The notes below the pieces were generated by a model that worked only from the letters and a program-made list of their open reading frames with translations, did no database searches and was not told where the DNA came from. Both the position numbers and the translations under genes were made by a program. Shown in pieces: positions 49,719 to 59,048 of a stretch of 64,000 nucleotides of DNA. Position 1 is the first letter of the stretch. Every line of letters starts with the position of its first letter. The stretch comes from Candidatus Latescibacterota bacterium (lineage in GTDB: Bacteria > Latescibacterota > UBA2968 > UBA8231). Where the stretch lies: assembly GCA_965221775.1 (NCBI GenBank), contig CBDCSU010000006.1, forward strand, positions 1,536,001 through 1,600,000. Reading direction: 5' to 3'.

Positions 49719-50513
49719 ATGAAGGCGGATCTCGAGACCCAGCAGTACCTCTTCGACCTGCAGGGCTACCTGGTGTTGGAGGACGTTCTCGACGCCGGGG
49801 AGCTGGCCGCGCTGAACGAGCTGATCGACGCGCGGGACCTGCCCGACAAGGAGGGCATCCAGCGCTTCGGCGACGCCTGCGGCTCCTCGCCCGAGGGGCC
49901 CGGGTTCCTGCAGTGGGGGCAGCCGTTCTGCGACCTCCTCGACCACGAGCGCATCCTGCCCGTCCTGCGCTTCCGGCTGGGGGACTGCTTCCGCCTGGAC
50001 CGCATCTACGGCATCCGCACTCGGGAGGGCTCCCCCCGCGGCTACCTGCACTCCGACTACGGCGCCTCGGCCATCGGCGCGCCCTCGGTGCCCGGCGAGC
50101 GCTACCACTGGCCCGAGAACGTCCTGCACACCGGGTTCGTGGTCGTCTCCTGGAACCTCACCGACGCCGGCCCCGGCCACGGCGGGTTCTGCTGCGTCCC
50201 CGGCTCCCACAAGTCCGTCTTCCGCATCCCGGAGCACATCGAGGAGGCCCACGAGGACTCCGATCAGGTCATCCTGCCGCCGGCGCCGGCGGGCTCCGTG
50301 ACCCTCTTCACCGAGGCGATCACCCACGGCACCGCGGCCTGGAGGGCCCCCCACGACCGGCGCTGCCTGCTCTTCAAGTACTGCGTCTCCCAGATCGCCT
50401 GGTCGGCCAACCGCATGCAGCCCCCCGAGGGGATCGAGCTGACGCCGCGCCAGCAGATCCTCTTCCGCGACGCCGCCGACCCGCACCGCTACTTCCCCTC
50501 CCTCTTCGAGTAA
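49719..50513 (+). CDS. PhyH family Fe/2OG dioxygenase
   Basis: YLFDLQGYL, LHSD (HxD), VPGSHK, THGT..W...RR. Confidence 0.92.
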   Translation: MKADLETQQYLFDLQGYLVLEDVLDAGELAALNELIDARDLPDKEGIQRFGDACGSSPEGPGFLQWGQPFCDLLDHERILPVLRFRLGDCFRLDRIYGIRTREGSPRGYLHSDYGASAIGAPSVPGERYHWPENVLHTGFVVVSWNLTDAGPGHGGFCCVPGSHKSVFRIPEHIEEAHEDSDQVILPPAPAGSVTLFTEAITHGTAAWRAPHDRRCLLFKYCVSQIAWSANRMQPPEGIELTPRQQILFRDAADPHRYFPSLFE

Positions 50514-50518
50514 CCCTC

Positions 50519-51088
50519 GTGGCCGCGGCCGAGATCCGCATCGAGACGGAGCGGCTGGTCCTGCGCCGGATGCGGGACGACGACCTCGCCGACTACCTCG
50601 ACTGCGAGTCCCAGCCCGGCCACACCCTCTACCTGAGCCGCGAGCCGTACACGGAGGAGGAGGCGAGGAAGTTCATCGCCACCTCCCGCGATCTGCCCCT
50701 CGAGGCCGAGGGGACCTACCTGCACCTGGCGATCGAGCACAAGACGACGGGCCGGGTGATCGGCACCAGCTGCATCAAGGTGACCAGCCGGGCGCACCGC
50801 CAGGGGGACATGGGGTGGTTCCTCCACGCCGGCTGCCGGGGCCAGGGGCTGGCCACCGAGGCCAGCCGGGCGATGCTGGAGTTCGCCTTCACCACCCTCG
50901 ACCTGCACCGGATCACCGCCCACTGCGACGGTGAGAACGAGCGCTCCCTCCTCATGGCCGAGCGCCTGGGCATGCAGCGGGAGGCCTTCTTCCGCGAGAC
51001 CGTCTTCTTCGGCGGGGAGTGGCACAGTCAGCACGGCCTGTCCATCCTGCGCAGGGAGTGGGAGACCGGGCAGGGCCGCGGGGGATGA
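50519..51088 (+). CDS. GNAT (RimJ/RimL-like) acetyltransferase
   Basis: IETERLVLR, GWFL...RGQGLATEA, N.RS....ERLGM. Confidence 0.92.
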   Translation: MAAAEIRIETERLVLRRMRDDDLADYLDCESQPGHTLYLSREPYTEEEARKFIATSRDLPLEAEGTYLHLAIEHKTTGRVIGTSCIKVTSRAHRQGDMGWFLHAGCRGQGLATEASRAMLEFAFTTLDLHRITAHCDGENERSLLMAERLGMQREAFFRETVFFGGEWHSQHGLSILRREWETGQGRGG

Positions 51089-51096
51089 TCGAACCG

Positions 51097-51449
51097 AGGG
51101 GGTCTGGCAAGGGACGGTGCCGGCGGCTCCGGCCGCGCCTCGGCGGCGCGTACGCCGGGCCTGGGGGGTGGGACTATCGACTTGGGGTGGTTCGTGGGGC
51201 TGGCGAGCCCCTCGCTGCGCTCGGGTCTCTGGGCCTCCTGGATGCGTGGTGGTTGTTGACCCCGGCCCGGCGTAATGCGCCGCTCGGCTCGGCCTGCGCC
51301 TCCGTCACCGCCCATAGGGGGGACCACCCACCACACACTGTTCTGGGCCGGGTGGCGCCTGGGGGTGGTTCGGGGCCGGGGGTGGCTCCGGCGCCACTCG
51401 ATCTGGTGGTACGCCGGTTTGCTGGGCCAGGGTTGGCGGGGATCCCGAA
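51097..51449 (+). repeat. Structured ~350-bp intergenic repeat, copy 1
   Basis: Shared core cggtgccggcggctccggccgcgcctcggcggcgcg...gcgagcccctcgctgcgctcgggtctctggg...gcgccgctcggctcggcctgcgcc...ctccggcgccactcga. Confidence 0.92.
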
Positions 51450-51492
51450 CTACTCCAGGACTCCCTCCCCCTGAGGCGCGGGGGATTCGACG

Positions 51493-53364
51493 TCAGGAGC
51501 TCGCACCGCCGGACTGCACCTGGCTCACGTCGCGCACCGCACCCTGGGCGGCGCTGGTCGTCAGGGCCGCGTAGGCCTGCAGAGCCGCCGAGACCCGCCG
51601 CCGCCGCTTGAGGGGCTGCCAGGCGGCCTCACCCAGTCCTTCCATCCGCTGCCGCCGCTCCTCCAGCTCCTCGTCGGAGACCAGCGCGTCGATGCGGCGG
51701 TTCGGGGTGTCGATGCGGATGACGTCGCCCTCCTCCAGCAGTCCGATGGCGCCGCCCTCGGCCGCCTCGGGCGAGACGTGGCCGATGGAGAGGCCGCTGG
51801 TGCCGCCGGAGAACCGGCCGTCGGTGAGCAGGGCGCAGCGGGCGCCGAGCTGCTTGGCCTTGATGTAGGAGGTCGGGTAGAGCATCTCCTGCATGCCGGG
51901 TCCGCCCTTGGGCCCCTCGTAGCGGATGACGACCACGTCGCCGGCCTGGATGCGGTCGCCGAGGATCGCCTCGCAGGCGGCCTCCTGGGACTCGAAGATG
52001 CGGGCCGGCCCCTCGAAGGTCAGGATCGACTCGTCGACGCCGGCGGTCTTGAGGATGCAGCCGTCCCCGGAGAGGTTGCCGAAGAGGACGGCGAGGCCGC
52101 CGTCCCGCGAGTAGGCGTGCTCGGCCGAGCGGATGCAGCCGTCGCGGTCGTCGAGGTCCGGCGCCTCGTGGTAGTTGGCCTGGGAGAAGGCCTCCTTGGT
52201 GCGCACCCCGCCCGGGGCGGCCAGGGCCCGCTGGCTCGCGGCCTCGGAGGGGCTGCCGCCGCGCAGATCCTCGGCGGCGATCAGGTCGCCCATGGTGCCG
52301 CCGGCGACGGTGCGCGCCCGGGCGTGGACGAGGCCGGCCCGCTGCAGCTCCCCCATGATGGTGGGGATGCCGCCGGCGCGGGCCACGTCCTCCACGTGGA
52401 ACTCCTGCGACGCCGGCGCCACCTTGCAGATGCAGGGCACCTGGCGCGACAGACGGTCGATGTCGGCCATGGTGAAGTCGACGCCGGCCTCGCGGGCCAT
52501 GGCCAGCAGGTGCAGGACAGTGTTGGTGGACCCGCCCATGGCGATGTCGAGGCTCATGGCGTTCTCGAAGGCCTCGAAGGTGGCGATCGAGCGCGGCAGC
52601 ACCGAGCTGTCCTTGCCGCGGTAGTAGGCCTGGGCCATCTCGACGATGCGCTCGCCGGCCCGCTCGAAGAGGGACCAGCGCAGCGCGTGGGTGGCCAGGA
52701 CGGTGCCGTTGCCGGGCAGGGCCAGGCCGATCGCCTCGTTGAGGCAGTTCATCGAGTTGGCGGTGAACATGCCGGAGCAGGATCCGCAGGTGGGGCAGGC
52801 GGCGGCCTCCATCTTCTCCAGCTCCTCGTCGGAGACGCGGTCGTCGCCGGCGGCGACCATGGAGTCGACGAGGTCGAGCTTGGCCGGCCCGGTGGAGAGC
52901 TGCTCGCGGCCGGCCTCCATGGGTCCCCCGGAGACGAAGATCGTCGGCAGGTTGAGGCGCAGGGCGGCCAGCAGCATGCCGGGGGTGATCTTGTCGCAGT
53001 TGGAGATGCAGACGAGGGCGTCGGCCTTGTGGGCGTTGACCATGTACTCCACGGAGTCGGCGATCAGCTCGCGGCTGGGCAGGGAGTAGAGCATGCCGTC
53101 GTGGCCCATGGCGATGCCGTCGTCCACGGCGATGGTGTTGAACTCGACGCCGTAGCCGCCGGCCGCGTCGATGACCTGCTTGACGCGCTGGCCGATGGGG
53201 TGGAGGTGGACGTGGCCGGGGACGAACTGGGTGAAGCTGTTGGCGATGGCGACGACGGGTTTGAGGAAGTCCTCGGTCTTCATGCCGGTGGCGCGCCAGA
53301 GAGCGCGGGCGCCGGCCATGCGGCGGCCCTGGGTGGTGATGGAGGAGCGGTAGTCGGAGGGCAT
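51493..53364 (-). CDS. ilvD: Dihydroxy-acid dehydratase
   Basis: [69 protein letters not shown]. Confidence 0.98.
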   Translation of the reverse strand: MPSDYRSSITTQGRRMAGARALWRATGMKTEDFLKPVVAIANSFTQFVPGHVHLHPIGQRVKQVIDAAGGYGVEFNTIAVDDGIAMGHDGMLYSLPSRELIADSVEYMVNAHKADALVCISNCDKITPGMLLAALRLNLPTIFVSGGPMEAGREQLSTGPAKLDLVDSMVAAGDDRVSDEELEKMEAAACPTCGSCSGMFTANSMNCLNEAIGLALPGNGTVLATHALRWSLFERAGERIVEMAQAYYRGKDSSVLPRSIATFEAFENAMSLDIAMGGSTNTVLHLLAMAREAGVDFTMADIDRLSRQVPCICKVAPASQEFHVEDVARAGGIPTIMGELQRAGLVHARARTVAGGTMGDLIAAEDLRGGSPSEAASQRALAAPGGVRTKEAFSQANYHEAPDLDDRDGCIRSAEHAYSRDGGLAVLFGNLSGDGCILKTAGVDESILTFEGPARIFESQEAACEAILGDRIQAGDVVVIRYEGPKGGPGMQEMLYPTSYIKAKQLGARCALLTDGRFSGGTSGLSIGHVSPEAAEGGAIGLLEEGDVIRIDTPNRRIDALVSDEELEERRQRMEGLGEAAWQPLKRRRRVSAALQAYAALTTSAAQGAVRDVSQVQSGGASS

Positions 53365-53395
53365 TCTGGGGGTCCGGTTTGGGGGTGTGGATGGG

Positions 53396-53775
53396 GTTGG
53401 ATTGGATTGAAGATAGGGGTGGGTGGGGGGTTCTGGGAGGGGGCGGTGCCGGCGGCTCCGGCCGCGCCTCGGCGGCGCGCCGGGGCCTGGGGGGGTGGGG
53501 CTATCGACTTGGGGTGGTTCGGGGGGCTGGCGAGCCCCTCGCTGGGCTCGGGTCTCTGGGTCCTCTTGGATGCGTGGTGGTTGTTGACCCCGGCCCGGCG
53601 AAGTGCGCCGCTCGGCTCGGCCTGCGCCGCCGTCACCGCCTCACGGGGGGGACCTCACCCACACACTGTTTCTGGGCCGGGTGGCGCCTGGGGGTGGTTC
53701 TGAGCCGGGGGTGACTCCGGCGCCACTCGATCTGGTGGGGCGCTGGCCTGGTGGGGTGCTGTTGGTGGGGGATCC
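53396..53775 (+). repeat. Structured intergenic repeat, copy 2 (longest)
   Basis: Same core as copy 1, plus a left extension gttggattgga..aagata shared with copy 5 and a right end tggtggggtgctgttggtgggg shared with copy 4. Confidence 0.92.
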
Positions 53776-53982
53776 TTAGATGTCGACGATCTCTTCAGAC
53801 ACCGGAGGCGGTATGGGATCACCATGCGCAGCAAGGCTCTCCAGGTACAAGGTTATCGCCTCGCGGATGCCGCTCAGCGCCTCCTGACGTGTGGCACCCT
53901 GGCTGATGCAACCGGGGAGTGAGGGGACTTGGGCGACGAAGACCCCATCTTCATCGTGCTCGATCAAGACACGGTATCTCAT
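53776..53982 (-). CDS. hicB: HicB-family antitoxin (no adjacent hicA)
   Basis: YRVLIEHDEDG.FVA.VPSLPGCISQG.T.QEAL..IREAI.LYLE. Confidence 0.9.
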   Translation of the reverse strand: MRYRVLIEHDEDGVFVAQVPSLPGCISQGATRQEALSGIREAITLYLESLAAHGDPIPPPVSEEIVDI

Positions 53983-54049
53983 CGGTGAGCTCCGGAAAGT
54001 GCGATGAAAGGCAGACGACAACTCGGGGCTGCTTCACGGCCAATCGGTG

Positions 54050-54195
54050 TGGGGAGGGTGTCTGCCCGGGGCAGTTCCGAGCGGCTCGGACTCGCCTCGG
54101 CGCCGCGTATGGGGGCCTAGGTGGTGGAGCTATCGGCGCCGGTGGTTCGAGGGGTCGGCGAGCCCCCCACTGCGCTCGGGTCTCTCGGCCCGGTG
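54050..54195 (+). repeat. Structured intergenic repeat, copy 3 (degenerate left half)
   Basis: gcggctcggactcgcctcggcgccgcgta..ggtggtggagctatcg..ggcgagccccccactgcgctcgggtctct. Confidence 0.75.
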
Positions 54196-54419
54196 CACCT
54201 ACAGACAGATATCACTTCAACACCCACCTGACCCAACCCTCATCGACAAGCGGCTCGAAGGGAGGTGCCACCGGTGTCCGGTCTCCCCAGAACCCGCTTC
54301 AATGTCAACCTGATCCGATGCTCCATCGGAAGGGGCCTTCCAATCCAGGCAGGACTTCACCCCGGGCGACCACGCTCAAGACCACTCATCGATGCGCCCC
54401 TCCACCCAACGGAGCCCCA

Positions 54420-55286
54420 CTACCTCTTGGCCATCTCAATCAACTTCCTGCGCAGTGACCCCAATCTTGCCAGACTGCAATGCCTGGCTAGCCTGAGCCT
54501 CAACGACTTCCTACTCACACTTCCACCTCCCGCGCGACCAATCTCAATCCCAACTGCCCTCAGCAGGAAGTCCTTCCCGGATACAGTGTCCATCGAATCC
54601 CCCACACTGGCCATGTGGCTCTCCACTTCCTGCTTCGCGCGCAAATAAGCACTCTCTTCCGTACTCGCCAGTACCTCCCTTCGAACCTCTGACTTCACCG
54701 CCTTCGCTTTGGTGGGATCGATCTCCGGAGCGCTACCCTTCTTGTGAGTCAAGACGCTTCCCAAACCCCTCGATACCGTCTTGACACTCGGACACAGGCG
54801 AAACGCAACTGCAAATTCCAGGAAGAGCGGAACGAGGTTATCCTCGAGACGCTTCCTAAATGCACTCCAGTCCAGCCTCTCTCTCGCTTCCTCCGGTGTC
54901 AACTCTCCACTATTCTCCACCATTACTTCTATTGTCGCTTTCTCACAGAACAAGTAGTTCTCTATACAATAGCATGCGTGGATGTAGAGATGTGGGTACG
55001 ATGGCACAGGCAAGCCCGCCACCCCATGCAGGTCTCCATCGACCACAAACAATGCAGGCCGGGAGTCAGTGTACTGTTGGGCTCTCTCCAAGACCTGCTG
55101 CCGGCCCCCCAAAGGGAATACCTTCTCTATCCTGAGACTGTCGCCCATCAACCGCTTCAACAGTTCACTGTAGAATACTTCACTCCCGACATCTTCCACA
55201 TAGACATCTATGTCCTGAAGCGACCGATAGAAAATCGCCTTGCTTGGGAGGGCTCTCTCGGGAAACCGTGGTAACTGAGGTTTCAT
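54420..55286 (-). CDS. DUF4435 / TOPRIM-like nuclease (PARIS AriB-like)
   Basis: VYVED..SE.FY, VDGD (DxD), YCIENY, VSGKD; low GC; overlaps the ATPase stop. Confidence 0.82.
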   Translation of the reverse strand: MKPQLPRFPERALPSKAIFYRSLQDIDVYVEDVGSEVFYSELLKRLMGDSLRIEKVFPLGGRQQVLERAQQYTDSRPALFVVDGDLHGVAGLPVPSYPHLYIHACYCIENYLFCEKATIEVMVENSGELTPEEARERLDWSAFRKRLEDNLVPLFLEFAVAFRLCPSVKTVSRGLGSVLTHKKGSAPEIDPTKAKAVKSEVRREVLASTEESAYLRAKQEVESHMASVGDSMDTVSGKDFLLRAVGIEIGRAGGGSVSRKSLRLRLARHCSLARLGSLRRKLIEMAKR

Positions 55287-56650
55287 TCTTGCTCCGCTTC
55301 AACACCCGTAACCGGAACACAGAATTCATCTCTGCCGCCAACGATCGCCGGAGCATGAGTAGCAAGTATGAGCTGTAGGCGGGGATTTGCTTTCTGAATT
55401 GCTCCCACAAACATGTCTTGCCAGTCCAAATGGAGGGATAGTTCTGGTTCGTCGACAACAAACACCCCATCGCCAGGCAATCTTCTGTCTAGCGCCAAAT
55501 GGGCAAGCATAATGAAGATTTGCCTCTCCCCCGATGACAGTGCAAGTAGAGATGCCTTCTCGCCATTGGGCATTCGTATGCTGACATCACCTTCACGCCC
55601 TACTTCTACGTCTTTCCCAGTCTGGGCAAAGAACTCGTTCACAAGCTTCACAAAGTCAGTCAAGGGCTTGTAGGTTGTCTCAGTCTGTTCCTGGTATTTG
55701 GTAGTTATATCGAACAGCCGATTGATGCGATCCATCTGCGATTGATTGACAAACCACGCAGTTAGTGCCTCGGATGCTTCTTTATCTAGCTCTTCACCCG
55801 TCCGCGCTCTCTTGGATACATCCCGGATCTTATTTATGATGCCTTCAATCGCACTGAAGAAACCTATCGACCGCTGCTCAAATTCCTCAGAAGCCACGTC
55901 CAATCCCAGGAGAGCTGCAGAAATCGCGTCCCGCTTCCTTCGGAAGTCTGCGAATTCAGCTTCCGAAGGTGGATCGAACGAAAACCCCCGCGTCGATTGT
56001 TCGACATAGGGAAAGGATTCCAAGAGCAGTTCCTTCCGGTACTTGTCATTTACACGCTCTTGTGCACCATGGAGCCGGGATACGTAGGTCTGGATTATCT
56101 CCGCCACCTCGGCTAGCCCTGGATCATATGTCTCCCCCTCGATATCCATACGCTCGCGGCGAAAACGCGATGCGAGTTCCCGTGAGGAGTGCCGTCTAAG
56201 TCTCTGTCTCCTGCGCTCCGGTGAAATGAACCGACGCTCTATGCCCAGAAACATAGGGCTTGAGATATCCCGAATTGTCAGGAAGACTTCGCTACGCGCT
56301 TCCTCCCGCCCGATAGCTTGTGGCTCCTGCTCGGACTCCATCTCTTCAATAGCAACATCGAGGATGCCATCAACCGCCGAGCACTCGAGTGTCACTCTTT
56401 CTTCTGACTTCGTTGCGCGAATACTGATTTCCCCGTGCTGACGACTTACTCCAGTTACTGTCGCGGACTCAAAGCCAATGGAGTATAGCGTTTCAAGAGA
56501 TGGCTGAAGCAGTCCCATTATCAATCGAAGAGCCGTTGTCTTCCCTGATCCGTTAAGCCCGTACAGAAAGGTCAATTCCGGATGGAACTCTATGTCCATG
56601 TCTAGGTGTGAAAAAACCCTTGTGGCGTGGAATGCTCTCAGGTGCTTCAT
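55283..56650 (-). CDS. ABC/AAA_21-type ATPase (PARIS AriA-like)
   Basis: YGLNGSGKTT, LSSGERQ, VVDEPELSLH..WQ, ATHAP; GGAGG RBS; low GC. Confidence 0.9.
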   Translation of the reverse strand: MKHLRAFHATRVFSHLDMDIEFHPELTFLYGLNGSGKTTALRLIMGLLQPSLETLYSIGFESATVTGVSRQHGEISIRATKSEERVTLECSAVDGILDVAIEEMESEQEPQAIGREEARSEVFLTIRDISSPMFLGIERRFISPERRRQRLRRHSSRELASRFRRERMDIEGETYDPGLAEVAEIIQTYVSRLHGAQERVNDKYRKELLLESFPYVEQSTRGFSFDPPSEAEFADFRRKRDAISAALLGLDVASEEFEQRSIGFFSAIEGIINKIRDVSKRARTGEELDKEASEALTAWFVNQSQMDRINRLFDITTKYQEQTETTYKPLTDFVKLVNEFFAQTGKDVEVGREGDVSIRMPNGEKASLLALSSGERQIFIMLAHLALDRRLPGDGVFVVDEPELSLHLDWQDMFVGAIQKANPRLQLILATHAPAIVGGRDEFCVPVTGVEAEQE

Positions 56651-56934
56651 CGCTTTGACCTCCTAGTGTAGCTCGCCCTGTCTTGCCGTGACCCGGCGCC
56701 TTCTGCTGGACACAGGCGGGATATCCCCTGGGGGGGAAGGCGCAGGATTGCCAATAGTAGGGTGTTTCGGGCCGGAGGCAACTCATCGGGGACAATCGCC
56801 CGAGTCAGAATCGGCCAAGGCGCGGCGGGCCTGCAGATGATCGATCCCCTGGGCCACCAGACCGTACTGACCCCCTTCGTGAGTTCCGCCCTGTGGATTT
56901 GTGTTGGACCATTGCCAGCCATACAATCCGCCCC

Positions 56935-57800
56935 ATGCTCACGGGCATCGCCTACATCGAGATGCGGACGCGCTTGTGGGAGGAGTGCCGGGAGGTCTAC
57001 GGCAAGCACCTCGGCCTCACCGAGCTTCAGAACACCACCGCCGTGCAGAACGAGAAGGGCGAGTGGGTGGATGCCGCCGCCGAGAGCGGAGACCGCGAAG
57101 CCGTCCTCCGGGTGGGCGACTCCTTCCTGGTTCTGCGCGAGGACGAGACGGCCCCCGTGCTGCTGTCCCCGGAGGGCGAGAGGACGGGGCAGGCTTACGG
57201 CTCGGTCGGACACTGGTCCTTCTACGTCGAGGGCAACCACCATGCCTTCTCCCACCTCGAGCGCTTCTTCGCGTCCAACAGGTTCCGCGCCACGAAGGAC
57301 GGGCCGATCGTGCAGCTGATGGACCATGCCTACATGCAGAGGAGCCTGCTGGAGTTCGTCGATCCGAACGGCTACCCCATCCAGATCTCCGAGATCGTGG
57401 ACCCGAGGCTGCACAACCAGGAGAGGCGGCGGGAGAAGCAGCGGATCGCCAACCTTTCCGCCGGGAGCCTCCTCAAGGGTTTCGATCACATGGCCATGGA
57501 GTGCCCTGACATCGCCCGGGGGAAGGAGATCTATGGGGACATGCTGGGGCTGTCCGTCATCGACCACTCCGACAGCGGCACGCACGAGGGGTACGTCTTC
57601 GCCGCCGGCATGTGCGACATCGAGCTGCGGGGGAGGAAAGAGGGCGGGAACGCCGATGGTCTCGGCCGCGGTGTCGTGGGCTCCTTCGGGCTCTGGACGG
57701 ACGACGTGGACGCCCTGGCCAGGGAGATCGCCCACGATACGCCGCCTGAGGAGCGCGACCTCGCCCTGGGCGTGCCTATCCGGTCCACCCTCGTCGCAGG
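56935..57800 (+). pseudogene. Two-domain VOC/glyoxalase protein, apparently 3'-truncated with no proper stop
   Basis: YGKHLGL, FVDPNGYPIQI, FDHMAM.C.D......YGD.LGL; second domain lacks its DPxG end and the frame runs on to 59052. Confidence 0.55.
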
Positions 57801-57832
57801 AGACGGCTCCCGGAGGTCGCCCGGAGACCGTC

Positions 57833-59023
57833 ATGAAGATCGTCGACCTGAGGTGCGCCGTCATCGGCCGGCATCCCATCGTCCGCATCCTCACGGACGA
57901 GGGGATCGTCGGGACAGGGCAGGTGGAGTCCTCCAAGCCCTACCTGAAACCGCACGTCCTCTTCTATCGCGACCTCGTTCTGGGCATGGACCCGACCGAT
58001 GTCGAGCGGGTCATGCTCGGCATCCGGCGGCTCGGGGGTTTCAAGCCGTGGGGCAGTGCCGTCAGCGCCATCGAGATGGCGCTCTGGGACATCGCCGGCA
58101 AGGCCGCGGGGGTTCCGGTGTACAAGCTGCTGGGCGGCAAGATCCGCGACCGGGTGCGGGTCTACCTGACCGGCTCCCCGGTTCCGGTAAAGACCTCCCG
58201 GCCCGAGGAGTACGCCGCCGCCGTCCGCGCCGCGCGGGAGCTTCCGCAGGGGTTCACCATTCTCAAGATGGGCGTCTCCTTCCACAGCGGCATGCCCGCG
58301 CACGTCCCCGGCTTCTTCTACGGGGAGAGCTCGGGCGGCCGCTGGCACGCCAACCGGGGGCCGCTGACGGAGCGGGGGCTGAAGCACGTGATCGCCTGCG
58401 CCGAGGCGATGAAGGAGGAGCTGGGAGACGAGGTCGGTCTCGCCCTCGACTGTGGTCCGGGGATGACGGTGCCCGACTCGATACGGCTGGCCCGGGCCGT
58501 GGAGCCGCTCAACCTGATGTGGCTCGAGGACATGATCACCGGCGACTACGTCCCCTATGTGCTCGCCGACCTCTACCGGGAGGTGACGCGCAGCACCTCG
58601 ACGCCGATCCACACGGGGGAGCAGATCTACCTGCGGCAGCATTTCAAGGAGCTCTTCGAGAAGCAGGCGGTGAACGTCGTAGGCCCCGACCCGGCCGACG
58701 TGGGCGGGATCGCGGAGACGAAGTGGATCGCAGAGTACGCCGACCTCCACGGCATCCTGATGGCCCCCCACGGAGTGATCGACGGGCTCTTCGGACTGGC
58801 GGCCCACGTCCATCTCGCCGCCGCCCTGCCGCAGAACTACCTCGCCTTCGAGATGCCGGGCCGGTACGAGGAGTCCTGGCTCGACATGGTCTCCGGGCTG
58901 CCCGACCCGATCGTCGCCGACGGACACATCGAAGTGTGGGACTCCCCGGGACTGGGGGTGGAGTTCGTCGTCGAGGAGGCGAAGCGGCACCTGTCCGAAG
59001 AGGATGCCGGTTTCTTCGACTGA
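57833..59023 (+). CDS. Mandelate racemase/galactonate dehydratase-like enolase superfamily enzyme
   Basis: MKIVDL, SAIEMALWDIAGKAAGVPVYKLLGGKIRDRVRVY, ALDCG, WLED, HTGEQ. Confidence 0.93.
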   Translation: MKIVDLRCAVIGRHPIVRILTDEGIVGTGQVESSKPYLKPHVLFYRDLVLGMDPTDVERVMLGIRRLGGFKPWGSAVSAIEMALWDIAGKAAGVPVYKLLGGKIRDRVRVYLTGSPVPVKTSRPEEYAAAVRAARELPQGFTILKMGVSFHSGMPAHVPGFFYGESSGGRWHANRGPLTERGLKHVIACAEAMKEELGDEVGLALDCGPGMTVPDSIRLARAVEPLNLMWLEDMITGDYVPYVLADLYREVTRSTSTPIHTGEQIYLRQHFKELFEKQAVNVVGPDPADVGGIAETKWIAEYADLHGILMAPHGVIDGLFGLAAHVHLAAALPQNYLAFEMPGRYEESWLDMVSGLPDPIVADGHIEVWDSPGLGVEFVVEEAKRHLSEEDAGFFD

Positions 59024-59048
59024 CAGCCCTGCGAAACGGAGATCGACC

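Noticed and set aside
54196-54419. Possible ncRNA or toxin gene between repeat copy 3 and DUF4435
   Set aside because: Only a short hairpin (tccgatg-ctc-catcgga) is seen; no HicA-like ORF or recognisable RNA motif
56651-56934. Possible gene remnant or retron-type ncRNA upstream of the ATPase
   Set aside because: No reverse transcriptase nearby and no recognisable protein or RNA motif
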